From NCBI GenBank assembly GCA_951406725.2, contig OX597816.1:26660001-26724000 (forward strand): 64,000 bases of DNA, read 5' to 3'. Numbering within the stretch: position 1 is the first letter of the stretch; every line of letters starts with the position of its first letter. Source of the DNA: Octopus vulgaris (lineage: Eukaryota). Shown in pieces: positions 26,575 to 41,764 of the stretch. Under the pieces are notes generated by a model. It did no database searches and was not told the DNA's origin. It saw only the letters and a list, made by a program, of their open reading frames with translations. Position numbers and translations under genes: made by a program.

Positions 26575-26984
26575 CGGATTCCGTAGACACACTCCAGTTA
26601 GCCAGCAAACAGTCAGCACGGTGAGGAAATGGTGACCACTGTGAGCCAAGCGACACGACAGTGGCAGTTGCAAACCACGAACAGACGAAACTGAAGAAGA
26701 ACACAGACACAAACCAAAACAAGACAAAAAACATTTCGTATATAAAAAAATAAAACATTTTTTCTGTATAAACGAAAAACATTTTTTATAAACACCTTAA
26801 TTGTTCTGTCGATTGAACAGACTGAATATCTCACCAACGATCTCTTTGCATGAACATTTTCATTTCTATGTAAAATTACATTTTCTTGCATGCACATATG
26901 TTTTGCTTCGTTTTAAAAATGTGTTGCTCTATGCTATTACATCTGCATGCTTACACACATGTATACTAACTCTGAAAGTTTATC

Positions 26985-27210
26985 TTTACTCTCTCTCTTT
27001 ACTCTTTACTCTTTACTCTTATACTTGTTTCAGTCATTTGACTACGGCCATGCTGGAGCACCGCCTTTAGTCGATCAAATCGACCCCGGGACTTATTCTT
27101 TGTAAGACCAGTACTTATTCTATCGGTCTGTTTTGCCGAACCGCTAAGTGACGGGGACGTAAACACACCAGCAGCGGTTGTCAAGCAATGCTAGGGGGAC
27201 AAACACACAA

Positions 27211-27257
<47 letters not shown>

Positions 27258-27420
27258 CGACAGGCTTCTTTCAGTTTCCGTCTACCAAATCCACTCACAA
27301 GGCATTGGTCGGCCTGAGGCTATAGCAGAAGACACTTGCCCAAGATGCCACGCAGTGGGACTGAACCCGGAACCATGTGGTTGGTAAGCAAGCTACTTAC
27401 CACACAGCCACTCCTGCGCC
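26985..27420 (-). mobile_element. SINE family B
   Basis: Reverse-complement full copy. Confidence 0.85.
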
Positions 27421-28029
27421 TCTCATTTTCTTTAATATTTTTCCATTTCTTTCACTTCAGCTGTTTTTGACAAATGTTCATTTGTTAGTAAATGACTGTA
27501 TATACATTTTCTGCTTCACACACCAAGTCATGCATTTTCAATTTTACATACATCTGTGTCGTGCAATCTCTTTGGCTTTCTCACTGGAAGCAGGATAGTG
27601 TGGAAACTCACCCATCACTTTCTGACAGGACAAGGAAATGTTTGCCCCCCCCCCCCTACCCGGTCAGCCTATAGCAGTGGATCGGGCGAGCGAGAGTCCT
27701 TAAAAACAGTTTCGAATCTCAGCCCGGAAAATAAAATGTAGTTTTCACCCATCAAATACAAAATATGTATATATGTACTCATGCAAAACGAGAGAAAGCA
27801 AAAGGTGGAAACTATCAGGTAATGAATTTTTTAAAATAAATATATAGATATTTATATTAATGTTAATAAGTACTACTTACACAGAGTGCAAACGACAGAG
27901 AAAATTAAAGGGGTGGAAAAAAGGTGTTATAAGTCTCTCGTTTTGCATGTTTACATATATATTTTGGATTTGGTGTATTTAATACGTTTAATATATTTGA
28001 TGTATCTAATTTGTTTATCCGCATAATCG

Positions 28030-28064
<35 letters not shown>

Positions 28065-28072
28065 TATATCCT

Positions 28073-31000
28073 TGTATTAGTTATATAATATAATGAAGTA
28101 GGGAGGAATAAGCGCTAGTATCTATTACACGAAACGCAACGCTCTGTATCAAAGGCTCGTAGTGAACTACTACTAACACTAACTGCCAATCGCACACAGT
28201 TCTTTGTTTTATGACAATGAGACAGTCCACATTTAATGACTTTGGGGTGATCGGAATCCTTCTTCAACATCTCCCCTTTTTAGAATCAATCTCCCCTTTT
28301 GAGAATTGAACTCCGCTCAGAGTTTTAATATCTCTTACGTTAACAGTTTAATTCCAGTGTTTCCGTTCTTTTCCGTTTTCTGGTGCTAGAACGTGTAGCT
28401 TCAAATTGTTTGGGTATTGGTACCTCAAACGTGTCGTACAATACTTCCATGGGAATTTCATTTCCCGTGACTGTTTTTCTGTGATTTTTTTCTTAAGCTG
28501 GGTAATATGTCTTTTGTATTCGACATTTTTTTCATTTTAGCAGAAATATCATTCTTCCAATTTGTTTAATTATTACACCGTCCTCCCAGCTTTCTATACC
28601 ATATCTATAGGTTTTAAAGAAAACTTTGTCACCTAAGTTCCATTGTCCAACACAATGGTATCCGAAATACCATACCTGGTGAGTGATTCGTGTAAAAAAA
28701 CATATTGTAACCGCAGGTGTCGGCTTTTTACATTTATGCACTTCCAGTCATTTTGAGAGACTATCCACCACCACAAGGTGATATATGCCCTTGAGTTGAC
28801 CTATGTAATCAATATGCAGTCTGACCCATGGAACATTTATTTTTGGCCACGGTTGCCATTTAGTGGTAGGTATTTTTGCGGCTAAGGCTCACCCTCTGCA
28901 TGATTTCACAAATTCTTCAACGTCACGGTCCATTGTTGACCAATATACTTAACTTCTCATTAATGATTTCATTCTCTGGGTGACCCAGTTGAAATTCGTT
29001 TAATAATCGTTTTGTAGTGTGGCTGGCACTACGACTCTTTGTGCTTACATCAATACATTGTCACAGTGAGAAATGGTTCGCATTTGTGTTGCGCATATTT
29101 TTATCACTTTTACCCTTCAGTATGTCTTAAATTTTTAGAATGAATTTATCGTTTTCCGATTTTAATTTTGTCTTGTAAGGTGACTGGCAGTTCACGAATG
29201 ACGTTACACAAAACATTTTTAATTTCATTTTCCGCTCGCAAAGCGGCAATCACAGTATCTTTAGATGGTTCTACTTCTTTCGAAATCAGTCTTGATAGAC
29301 AATCTGTATGATCTAGTCTCTTGGATGTTATATGCTCCATCTTGAAATCGTAGTTTAATTATATCGTACCCCAGCGTTGTAACCTATTAGCTGTATGTAA
29401 TTCAGTAGAAATCCCCTTTTTCGACCCAAATATTGATAATAACTGGTGGTGATCAGTCTGTAGACGAAAACTTCAACCGTGAAAGAATCTGTGAAATTTT
29501 TTCACGGCAAAAATGATCCCAAGAGCTTCTTTGTCGATTTGACTATAATTTTTCTCTGCTGCTATCAGAGGACTTGAGGTGTGAACTACCACCTTCATGT
29601 TACCATCTTTATATTTATGTAATATTACTGCTCCTATACCGTACTCAGAAGCGTCTGAAGCTACAAAAATGTCCGCTGCATGATCGAAATGTGTTAACGA
29701 CAAATCAGATGTTAGTATTTTTTATTTCGTCAAACGCCTTTTGACAATTTTCTGACCAATTCCATTTCATATCTTTTTTCAGCAGATTATTCAGTGGAAC
29801 TCTCACCTTATGCATATTTGGAATACAATTTTTGGTAATAATTTGTCAGTCCTAAAAATGCTTGTAAGGTCGATATATTTGTCGGGGTGGGGGAGGCTTA
29901 TTTTCAACTGCGTCTGCCCTCGACAGGTCTGGTCGACGTCCATTTCTGTCAATGATTTGTCCTAAATATCTTATTTTCGGTAAGAAAAATTCAAAGTAAA
30001 GCCGAAATCCCTAATTCTTTTGAATATATATTTTACGTACTCTACGCGTTGATCCCTTGATTCGCTTTTAGTGAGTATATCATCTAGATATGGAATTGCG
30101 AATTCACAGTCCGCTAACATTGCATCCATGTTGAAAAATTGCTGGTGCGGCTTTTAAGCCAAATGGTAACCTGTTGTATTTATACACTTGTTTATATGTG
30201 TTAATTGTTAAATATTTAGAGCATTCATCGTCTACTCTAATCTGTAGATACGCGTTAGAGAGATCCAATTTAGAAAATACTTTGCCACTGTTTAATTTCG
30301 CAAAAATATTCTCCGGAGTAGATAGCCGATAGTGGCACGTTTAAAGACATTCGTTTAAACCAGTGAAAAAATCAGTACACACTCTGATTTTATTATTCTT
30401 CTTCTTAATGTGCACAATCGGTGCTGTTCATTTAGAATATTCCACTTTTTGGATAACTCGAATTTTTCTAGTCTCTCTAAATCTAAGTTTATCTGTTCTA
30501 ACTCTGCGAACGGTACCGCTCGTTTTTGTTTAAATGTCGGTATGGTGTTTTCTTGTATTTAAAACCGTGCCTTCGTTTTGGTACACAGACCTAATTTATC
30601 GGACAGAACTTCAGGAAAAAAATTTTTTTTTTTCAATTCGTCTGACGATTTATTTATACTGGAGGAAAAACCATTTACATTTTTATAGAAAAGATTTATG
30701 GAGAGGTCCCATAAATTAAATAATTCTATCCCGTCAGTACCGAACAAGTTGTATTATTTAACACAAAAAGGCGGCGAGCTGGCAGAGTGGTTAGCACGTC
30801 GGGCGAAATGCTTAGCGGTATTTCGTCTGCCGCTACGTCCTGAGTTCAAATTCCACCGAGGTCGACTTTGCCTTTCATCCTTTCGGGGTCGATAAATTAA
30901 GTACCAGTTACGTACTGGGGTCGATGTAATCGACTTAATACTTATGTCTGTCTTTGTTTGTCCCCTCTATGTTTAGCCCCTTGTGGGTAATAAAGAAATA

Positions 31001-31210
31001 TGTATTATTTAACACAAAATTTTAGCCTTGAAGGTTTTTACGAAATATAATACTACTTATCAATTTGCTCTTGAAATATAATTGTTTTCCTGAAACACAA
31101 CGGGCAATTTTCGAGTTTTCATTTGATTTAGGTCCTTCAATCTTTTTCCATGTATCTGTGTTAATTATTGCGATGTCGCTGCCTGTATCCAATTATAACT
31201 TTAATGGATC
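28073..31210 (-). mobile_element. Decayed Gypsy LTR retrotransposon (PR-RT-RH-IN, PPT, probable 3' LTR)
   Basis: Minus strand: protease LDTGSDIAII (~31165-31192), RT PYLDDIL (~30080), RNase H VASDASEYGIGAV...NYSQIDKEALGIIFAVKKFH, integrase PWVRLHIDY...VVVDSLSK. PPT AAAAAGGGGAGA is followed by TGTTG at 28269 (LTR about 28073-28269). Confidence 0.88.
30770..31000 (+). mobile_element. SINE family A with 19-bp TSD
   Basis: TSD tgtattatttaacacaaaa at 30750-30768 and 31001-31019; inserted in the Gypsy pol. Confidence 0.9.
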
Positions 31211-31995
31211 TATAATTTTTTTTACCACCACGGAAGTTTCATTCTTCGCTACAAGGTTCGTCCGTGATATAGCTAGCCAATTTGGTATGACAATCTGGCC
31301 TTCCATAGTCCTTTCGAACATCTATATTGATGGTTTTCTGTAAACAATATCAGCCTCTTGTACCAGTATCCAACTATTAGATCCTTCCAGCTATTATATG
31401 CCTTCTCAAGAAGGCATATAATTCTCATGAATTTGTGTACAGCTATGGTAAAAGTCTCGGGTTCAAGTATGTACTTTTTACTGTCGATGTTGGTACAGTG
31501 TTCTTTCTTAACTGTATTTAGCCACGATACACTAAGGTTGAAATCTTACTTTTCATGTCAGATCTTCAAGTTCCTTTTGAGAAAGGGATTTCTCATCGGC
31601 CTGTATGTATGTATGTATGTATGTATGTATGTATGTATGTATGTATGTATGTATGTATGTATGTATGTATGCATGCATGTATGTATGTATGCATGCATAT
31701 ATGTATGTATGCGCGCGCGTTAAAAGTTAAAAGTACGTGTGGCTGTGGAGTGCTCGGCCACTTGTACGTTAATTTCATGAGGAGGATGTTCCGTTGATCG
31801 GGTCAACCGGAACACTCGTGGTCGTAACCGACGAAGTGCCACTTGTATATAAACATGCATATCGTGTGTACGAATTTTTCCTACACATCTTTGTACTTTG
31901 CGAACATCTTATATTCTCTTTCCCTTTATTGTTCATGAAGTTGCTATAACTTTTATGCATGTTTACTCCTTTCTCCATTTACTTTGGCCTACATT

Positions 31996-32209
31996 CTCCT
32001 TTACTCCTTTACTTGTTTCAGTCATTTGACTGCGGCCATGCTGGAGCACCGCCTTTTAATCGAGCAACTCGACCCCGGGACTTATTCTTTTTTGTAAGCC
32101 CAGTACTTATTCTATCGGTCTCTTTTTGCCGAACCGCTAAGTGACGGGGATGTAAACACACCAGCATCGGTTGTCAAGAAATGCTAGGGGAACAAACACA
32201 GACACACAA

Positions 32210-32296
<87 letters not shown>

Positions 32297-32460
32297 TACG
32301 ACAGGCTTCTTTCAGTTTCCGTCTACCAAATCCACTCACAAGGCATTGGTCGGCCCGGGGCTATAGCAGAAGACACTTGCCCAAGATGCCACGCAGTGGG
32401 ACTGAACCCGGAACCATGTGGTTGGTTAGCAAGCTACTTACCACACAGCCACTCGTGCGT
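31996..32460 (-). mobile_element. SINE family B
   Basis: Reverse-complement full copy. Confidence 0.85.
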
Positions 32461-32580
32461 CTATCTACATTATGGATAGACTTTTTAGAAATAATTGTCC
32501 GTATGTGGCTCACAAGATGTAGTTTATGCTTCAAACTAGTCTGCAAAACTAAGCAAGGATGACACCCTTGGGTTCTAGAT

Positions 32581-32800
32581 CAGTGCTTTTCAAACTTTTT
32601 TGCTGGAGCGGAATCCCAAGAAAACATTTCACTGGCTCGAGGAACCCCTGTGCAATAATTTAATTGTCCTATGCACACATATCTGCACAGGAGAATTACA
32701 AATTACTGTCGATTTTAGCATTTTTGTAACTTCTTGCGGAACCCCTGGACTGTACTGGCGGAACCCTAAGGTTCCGCGGAACCCTGGTTGAAAACCACTG
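32581..32800. mobile_element. hAT-type MITE
   Basis: TIR cagtgcttttcaa / ttgaaaaccactg with an 8-bp TSD ttctagat on both sides. Confidence 0.88.
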
Positions 32801-33692
32801 TTCTAGATAAACGGATCGCATGTCACTAACAATCAGGAATCATCATATCACTAATAGTCAGTTTCTTGACACTTGAATCTACCTTACTACTGGTGTTCAT
32901 TATTTCTTTGTATATGTCTTAGAATGAACGAAAGCTACAGTTTGACTGTAGCTGATGTCTGAGTAATTATCTGCCAAAATTTCTAATTTGTTTTATTTGC
33001 GTTGTTAAAGCGCTTAAGTCGAAAATGTTAAATTTTGAAACTGCATTTTTAAAAGCTTGTAACAGGATGAGAGATTCCCGCATCGGATGGGTGCTACGCG
33101 CATCCTTTACATTAAATATTAATCGAAGAAAGCGTCAAGATTTTCCGATTAGCTTCAACAGTATAAATATTTATTCTTTGATTCGCAGATATAAACATTT
33201 CCTTCCTCTGGGCGAATCAGCAGCCTAGGAGCTTATCGGCAGTAGTCAAGTGGCTTGAGTCAATCCTGCCCGTTCAGGCATAGCGGGGATGCGCCACAGC
33301 TGCTACAGACACGCCTGTGAGAGCAAATGTTACAGTTGATTCGGAAAACGAGTTTGGATATATTAGGTATTCTAAATCTGTGTCAATGACTGTATATGGT
33401 TTTACTTTGTTATCTTTGTCCTCGACATGAAAGCCTGCTAAAGTGATCATATATTCTAGAGACTCCACTTCCATCGCAATACCATCTATATTTCTGGAAC
33501 TGAAGGTACGAGAGTAAGTCTTCAGAGGGTTCTACTTTTGCCGAATGAAAAGTAGGCGTTCCGTTCAAATTCTGACATTTTGAAGATAATTTTTCTCGAT
33601 TTGCTATTTCTTTCATCTGAATGTCCAACCCAGTTAGTTTCTTCTTAGTATTTTTCTATGGTAAAAGTGAAAACTGGAACCTATGGATAGCA

Positions 33693-34124
33693 TCTTCTCT
33701 TTACTCTTTTACTCTTTACTCATTTACTTGTTTCAGTCATTTGACTGCGGCCATGCTGGAGCACCGCCTTTAATCGAGCAACTCGACCCCGGGACTTATT
33801 CTTTTTGTAAGCCCAGTACTTATTCTATCGGTCTCTTTTGCCGAACCGCTAAGTAACGGAGACATAAACACACCAGCATCGGTTGTCAAGCAATGCTAGA
33901 GGGACACACACAGACACACAAACACACACACATACATATACATATATATACATATATACGACAGGCTTCTTTCAGTTTCCGTCTACCAAATCCACTCACA
34001 AGGCTTTGGTCGGCTATAGTAGGCTATAGTAGAAGACACTTGCCCAAGATGCCACGCAGTGGGACTGAACCCGGAACCATGTGGTTGGTTAGCAAGCTAC
34101 TTACCACACAGCCACTCCTGCGCC
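33693..34124 (-). mobile_element. SINE family B
   Basis: Reverse-complement full copy. Confidence 0.85.
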
Positions 34125-34887
34125 TGTAAAAAATTTTTTAAGTCTTCACGTTTTTCGATGTTTTCACTACTTTGTACAAGTTTTTCTCCGTAATGCCTTT
34201 GAATACTGAGGTATACATTCATAAATATTTCATTCTTCTACATAAGTATTCAGGTTTGGCATTTCTAATTTGATATTTTCCGTGTTGGCATTGTACTTCA
34301 TCATGGATAATTCTTCAATCGCTTTGTTAAATAACCTAGGTTGAACTGTTCATGTATAAACCTTTAACGCATTTCTCAAATCTCATGGTCAGAAAATTGA
34401 CGTCAAACCCTGAGATTGTTTACTCAAACAAAAGTAGACATTGAGTCAACAAAAATTTTTAGTCGTGTTAACATTGACAAAATTCTATTGACATGTCATA
34501 ATGGCTTTTGTATTCAACTAGGGCAAATTCATAGAAAAATTATGGCTGTATTTCAAAAGTGTTTCGGCATTAATAGACAATTATTTAGAGACATTTCCAA
34601 CAAAATCCCTTCCGAATATGTATTCTAATCGGGTAAAGATGTTGTTCTTGTCTTTTCTCTTTTTCGTCGACAAAATTTGTAGCACACTTGTCGCCACAAA
34701 ATCCGGCCCCTTTTTTTTTATCATCGACAGGTTTATCAACAACTGAGATTAAAGCATCGCCAGTGAAGATCTTTGGCAGCTTTGGAACGTGTCTTTGGGC
34801 ATAGCTTCGGGCTGTCTATTATTGTGCAAGTGAAATTTGGCAGGCAGAAAATGTACGTAATTCCGTCGTACACTCACACGCACACAC

Positions 34888-36347
<1,460 letters not shown>

Positions 36348-36986
36348 TTAAATATTGTAACATCTGAATTCAAAATAGAAATCACACTGCCTCGAAGTTT
36401 ATCGACAAAAGTAAAAAAGAATTGAAACAAGTAATGATTGTTTTAGGTGTAGAAGAACGCCGTTGCAGCAGCACTTCACCACTGATCGAGTGTGTCGCGC
36501 GCGCGCATGTGTTTCTCTATAAGTGTGTTACCTATACAACTTGCTATACTAGTACTGGAAAGAAGGAGCAGTTCTGCGGGATATGAGAGACTGTACAAGA
36601 GCAAAAGTGACTGAATGATTGCAACAACTAGAAAGGAATCTCCTTGCTGAGCATAGTTGGAAAGGTCTTTGTTAATGTAGTCCTAAACAGACCAGCAAAA
36701 CATCGCTGAATGGTTTACCCCGTTTCTCAGTGCGACTTGAGGCCAGAACACTTCACAATTGACAGGGTCTCCTTTCGACAACTGCAAGAAAAATAGAAAG
36801 AGCAAAAACAGAAACTCTTATCTTATCCTGGTGCAGATTTTTTTATTTTCCTCATCGCGTAACCGCAGTCTATTCGCTCATCTTTTTAAACCCTTGTCTA
36901 GTTCCAATTTTGAGACATCTTTGAAAAGAAGATGGGGGTCATATATGTATATATATCATAGTCAGAAAATTGGCGTCAAACCCTTA

Positions 36987-37483
36987 TCTATCTCTATATA
37001 AACGGTAGTTTGTCTGTCTGTGTGTCTGTGTGTCTGTCAGGTTGTACCCTCACCCTGACCACAGCTTTCAATCGATTCAGATGAAACTTGACACAGACAT
37101 AGCCCAATGTCATAATTCAAAACTAATGCAGCGAAAATTTTGAAAAGTTCCCCTAGTTCTGAAAAAAATTGATAAATTCGACATGGGGTCGAGAATCTAA
37201 GCTTTTTATTTGCAACACATTTTCTGTTGTAGTTTTCGCAACTTGCAATCGATTTGTTACCCTAAGAAACTTAATTCTGACGTTAGTTTTCCATGCAATA
37301 CCTTACCATCAGAAAAAGTCGATAAAATCATGCCATTTTGGGAAATCGCGTTCAAATTCCAGATGACATATTTTCGACAATATCTTTCACAAATTGGCAG
37401 GAATTTTTTTTTAATTAACAGCGAGCATCATGTCTGCTCCAGGGGCTCTTACATACCCGGGCAATGCCGGGCTATGCTGCTAG
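36987..37483 (+). mobile_element. Non-autonomous Helitron
   Basis: a|TC 5' end shared with the 14040 copy, hairpin cccgggcaatgccggg, CTAG|t. Confidence 0.8.
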
Positions 37484-37938
37484 TTACTTTTATTTATCTC
37501 AAATTTGTGATTAGAAACGACCTGTTCGAAATTCTTGCCAAGATTGAGTATTCAAGGTTATTCACTCACTCTCAACGCTATGAAAGGCATCATTCAGCTT
37601 CATGGCTCTTCTTTGGAATTCATTACCATTTGTAGTGGAGTGAAACAGAGCTGTGTGCTAGTCTTCATCCTGTTGGACATCGTTGCTGTCCTATTGAAAC
37701 ATGGCAGCAGTTGAAGTCCCAAAGGCGAATTATTCATCAGGGGCATATCATTTGTAGATGATGTTGCACTGGAAACGCACTCGGAGGAGCAATGGCAGCG
37801 CTTCGTGTGGACAGTCTCACAGGCTGAAGAATATAGAAATAGTGGGCCAAGATGTTAAGCACTCCCCTACTATTACTATTAAAAGTGCGAGCTAGAGGCA
37901 GTCCACGAGTTTGCATGCCTCGGCTCCACCATCAACTA

Positions 37939-38153
37939 CGAGGGTTCCTGCAAAGTTCCTGGTTTTGGGTAAAAGAAAATACAGGAGGATCAGTTAATTG
38001 ATTTTATTCAGCATATTCCCTTCTCAGATTCACACGTTTATTGCAGCGACCCTTCAGTTTTTCTAAGCCCTGTAAAAAAAACTCGGATGGTTGGGTCTCC
38101 AACCAGGCCTTTTGTGATACCCTTAAAACCAGGAACTTTTCAGCATCCCCTCG
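37939..38153. mobile_element. Tc1/mariner-type MITE
   Basis: ta|cgagggt...aaagttcctgg / ccaggaacttt...cccctcg|ta, TA TSD. Confidence 0.8.
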
Positions 38154-38212
38154 TACAAATTCTCTCTAGAGTCTGAGACCAACAGACGTATTGGGAGAGC
38201 AGCTTCAATACT

Positions 38213-38444
38213 TATTTCTTTATTGCCCACAAGGGGCTAAACATAGAGGGGACAAACATGGACAGACATAGGTATTAAGTCGATTATATCGACCCCAGTT
38301 CGTAACTGGTACTTAATTTATCGACCCCGAAAGGATGAAAGGCAAAGTCGACCTCGGCGGAATTTGAACTCACAACGTAACGGCAGCCGAAATACCGCTA
38401 AGCATTTCGCCCGGTGTGATAACGATTCTGCCAGCTCGCCGCCT
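38213..38444 (-). mobile_element. SINE family A
   Basis: Reverse-complement full copy; cttcaatact is repeated on both sides. Confidence 0.85.
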
Positions 38445-38499
38445 TACTGAATACTTCAATACTAGCCAGACTGACATCGAGGCTAGGAAAACAGTAAAC

Positions 38500-38756
38500 C
38501 AATGGTACTCAACCGAAGTTCTATGGCCTTTGGGGGTCCATATAAGGTTTTATTGTTAAAATTTATGCGCAGTAAATTGGTTATATTTCTACAATACACG
38601 AAATATTTTAATTTTTTTTTTAACAATTCCTAATGATATTTAATTATAAAGATTCAGTAAAATATTTTCTATATACAATGAAAGGCTATGGAGGCCCCGT
38701 GTAGTAGATTAGGAATCAAACGGGTTTCGTTGACAAAAATTTGTTGAGAACCACTG
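38500..38756. mobile_element. hAT-type MITE
   Basis: caatggtactcaac / gttgagaaccactg TIRs; 8-bp TSD cagtaaac at 38492-38499 and 38757-38764. Confidence 0.85.
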
Positions 38757-39098
38757 CAGTAAACTAACGACGCACACCAAGATTGCAATCTACTGAGTTT
38801 TTGTATTCTCAGTAGACAGCTTTAGGGAATGAGACCTGGAGTATCAACTATCGGCTCACCGGAAGTTTAGAAGAGACTGTCTCACGTGACCTTATCAGAA
38901 GGCTGCGATTGGTTGGGTTGCATATTGGCGCGCAATAGAGCAAGAGACAAATTGCGCCAATACCAATCAATCAGAGTAGTGGACACAACAGGGCCCAAAA
39001 GGGCGGCCGAAGGCTAGCTGTTATCCACTACGTCCTTATTTATGTATATATAACAGAGAGAGAGGAATTTTCCTAAGCGTACGCTACAGATAATAATC

Positions 39099-39197
<99 letters not shown>

Positions 39198-39695
39198 CAT
39201 ACCTACATATATATGTATATATACATGCATATATGGCTACAGGACATTCCAGTAAGAGCAGTGTCTCAATGCCTTTACCCCACAGTTTGAAACGGATCAT
39301 CAAGCAGAACAACAGAGCAAGCAGCAATGAGATCCTCGCTCCCGCGCAGATACTCGACGTCTTTATCCTATTGCAGCAACAATGCTTCCGCTTGTCAGAC
39401 GGGAGGCTCCCAAAAGACTTGTATGGTGATCTAGTCTCCAGCAACAGAAACCTATGATGACCCCCATTTTCTTTTCAAAGATGTCTCAAAATTAGAACTA
39501 GGCAAGGGTTTTAAAAAGATGAGCGATTAAACTGCGGTTACGCGATGAGGAAAATAAAAAAATCTGCACCAGGACAAGATAAGCAGACAGAGCCTTCTTT
39601 AGCAGCCGGGATTACCACTTACAAGTGGGCTTTTAAAGAGCGCTGCTCTGCTAAAACCGAAGTCTTTCCTGGTAGAGAATTCATGTTCTCGCGAG

Positions 39696-39834
<139 letters not shown>

Positions 39835-39987
39835 AAGAAAATGAGTAGAAATGGCTTTTCTGATAATTTTTCCTCTATTAAAGCGGAAAAATTATCAGAG
39901 AAGTAATTTTTGATCATTTTTTCAAATATATAATATTGTACCAAGGACTTTATACTTCTACTACTTCAGTATTAGAATATATATATG

Positions 39988-40044
<57 letters not shown>

Positions 40045-40116
40045 TAAAACTTACTTGGAAAAGGATGCGTGACGTTCGATCATATAATGATATAAATAAT
40101 ATATAATATATATATG

Positions 40117-40182
<66 letters not shown>

Positions 40183-40589
40183 TATATACATACATATATG
40201 TACATACCTACATATATATGTATATATACATGCATATATGGCCACAGGACATCAAACAAAACGTTGAACACAATGAGAAACGAAATCATAAAAACAAAAA
40301 CATAGAAAACGAACTTTTTTCGAACAAAGAAAAAAACAGAGAAAAGAGACAATCAACACAAAGAATATTCCCCTTCATCAGTTGTCCCTGTTTCATCTAC
40401 TCTGCATTTCGAAGGCAAGGACAATACGCGATTTCATTGAAACAATCTTTCCCGCAAAGCAAATTAAATAAAATCTGGGATTTCGTTTCTCATTGTGTTC
40501 AACGTTTTTTTTTATGTCCTGTAGCCATATATGCGTGTATATATACATATATATATATATAGGTATGTACATATATGCATGTATATATG

Positions 40590-40625
<36 letters not shown>

Positions 40626-40626
40626 C

Positions 40627-41644
40627 TGTAGCGTACCCTTAGGGAAATTCCTCTCTCTCTCTCTCTCTCTCTCTGTTATATATACATAAATAAGGACGTA
40701 GTGAATAACAGCTAGCCTTCAGCCGCCCTTTTGGTCCCTGTTGTGTCCACTACTCTGATTGATTGGTATTGGCGCAAATTGTCTCTTGCTCTATTGCGCG
40801 CCAATATGCAACCCAACCAATCGCAGCCTTCTGATATGGTCACGTGAGACAGTCTCTTCTAAACTTCCGGTGAGCCGATAACATGCTATAAAATTATAGC
40901 TTCACTCCGTCTCGATGTCTTTCGGTTCCAGACCTTTAAGGTCTAGCCACTGACCACACAAGACACAGCTAGTTCCAGCGACAACACAACTGCAGCCACA
41001 TGGAGACTCATCAACTTCGCCCAGCAGCATTCAGGACTTCCATCTCCGTCGCCATCATCTTCTTAACGTCGTCAACAACATCTCTCCACGTACGCAGCAA
41101 TCAGCAACCCTCCCACAGGTTCTATCTCAACACCGTTTGTGAATTACTTCACAATGGTTAGCAGCAAATACAACCTGCGAGAACTTCCTGTATTAAGTTA
41201 CCGGCAGCAGCATAGTAGCCACAACTTCTTATACGACATGTGCCTCAAATGGCTCTGCATTGCAGCCACAACTTCTTGTTGCAGCACTTCAACTATCGTG
41301 TACTTTCACTACGAACTGGTATTTATCATACTTGTGTCTGGACATTCTTCTAACGTCATACTATAAACTCTTTCAATGCTCTGTACTTAATGCACACACA
41401 TACACTTTGCATACATAATGGCCTGTCTATTATTATGTATATATGACGCATGCACACACATATACACGTTAACATATAAATAAAATCTTCTCTTAAACAT
41501 TCTATCCGGTTGTGTCTCTCCTTTCCTTCTGGCACTTATACGCATTTATTCTTTTTTGCATTTATTGTATCGACTGTGTGGTGTACTAAAGGAGCCATTC
41601 TCGTCACCTCTCCTTCGCATGGTCGTTTACATACTTATATTACA
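40627..41644 (+). mobile_element. Probable solo LTR (~1 kb)
   Basis: TGTA...TACA termini, clustered CCAAT boxes, CACGTG, ACTTCCGG, TATAAAA at ~40887 and AATAAA at ~41479. No clean TSD. Confidence 0.55.
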
Positions 41645-41668
41645 CAGACACACACACACACATACACA

Positions 41669-41721
<53 letters not shown>

Positions 41722-41764
41722 TATTTCTAATTCTCTCTAAAGGAGACTACGGCAGCGGTACCGA

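Larger units (their letters stand above)
31210..34690 (-). pseudogene. Unidentified decayed intronless ORF, interrupted by SINEs, a MITE and a microsatellite
   Basis: Long protein-like stretches with sparse in-frame stops on the minus strand (e.g. KDKNNIFTRLEYIFGRDFVG, PRLFNKAIEELSMMKYN, MEVESLEYMITLAGFHVEDK, IAVHKFMRIICLLEKAYNSWKDLIVGYWYK). No family recognised. Confidence 0.4.
37520..39500 (+). mobile_element. Old RTE-clade LINE remnant with nested insertions
   Basis: Fragments read FVDDVALETHSEEQ, ELEAVHEFACLGSTI, RRIGRAAS, LTTHTKIAIY, ETW and [12 protein letters not shown]. Confidence 0.7.
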
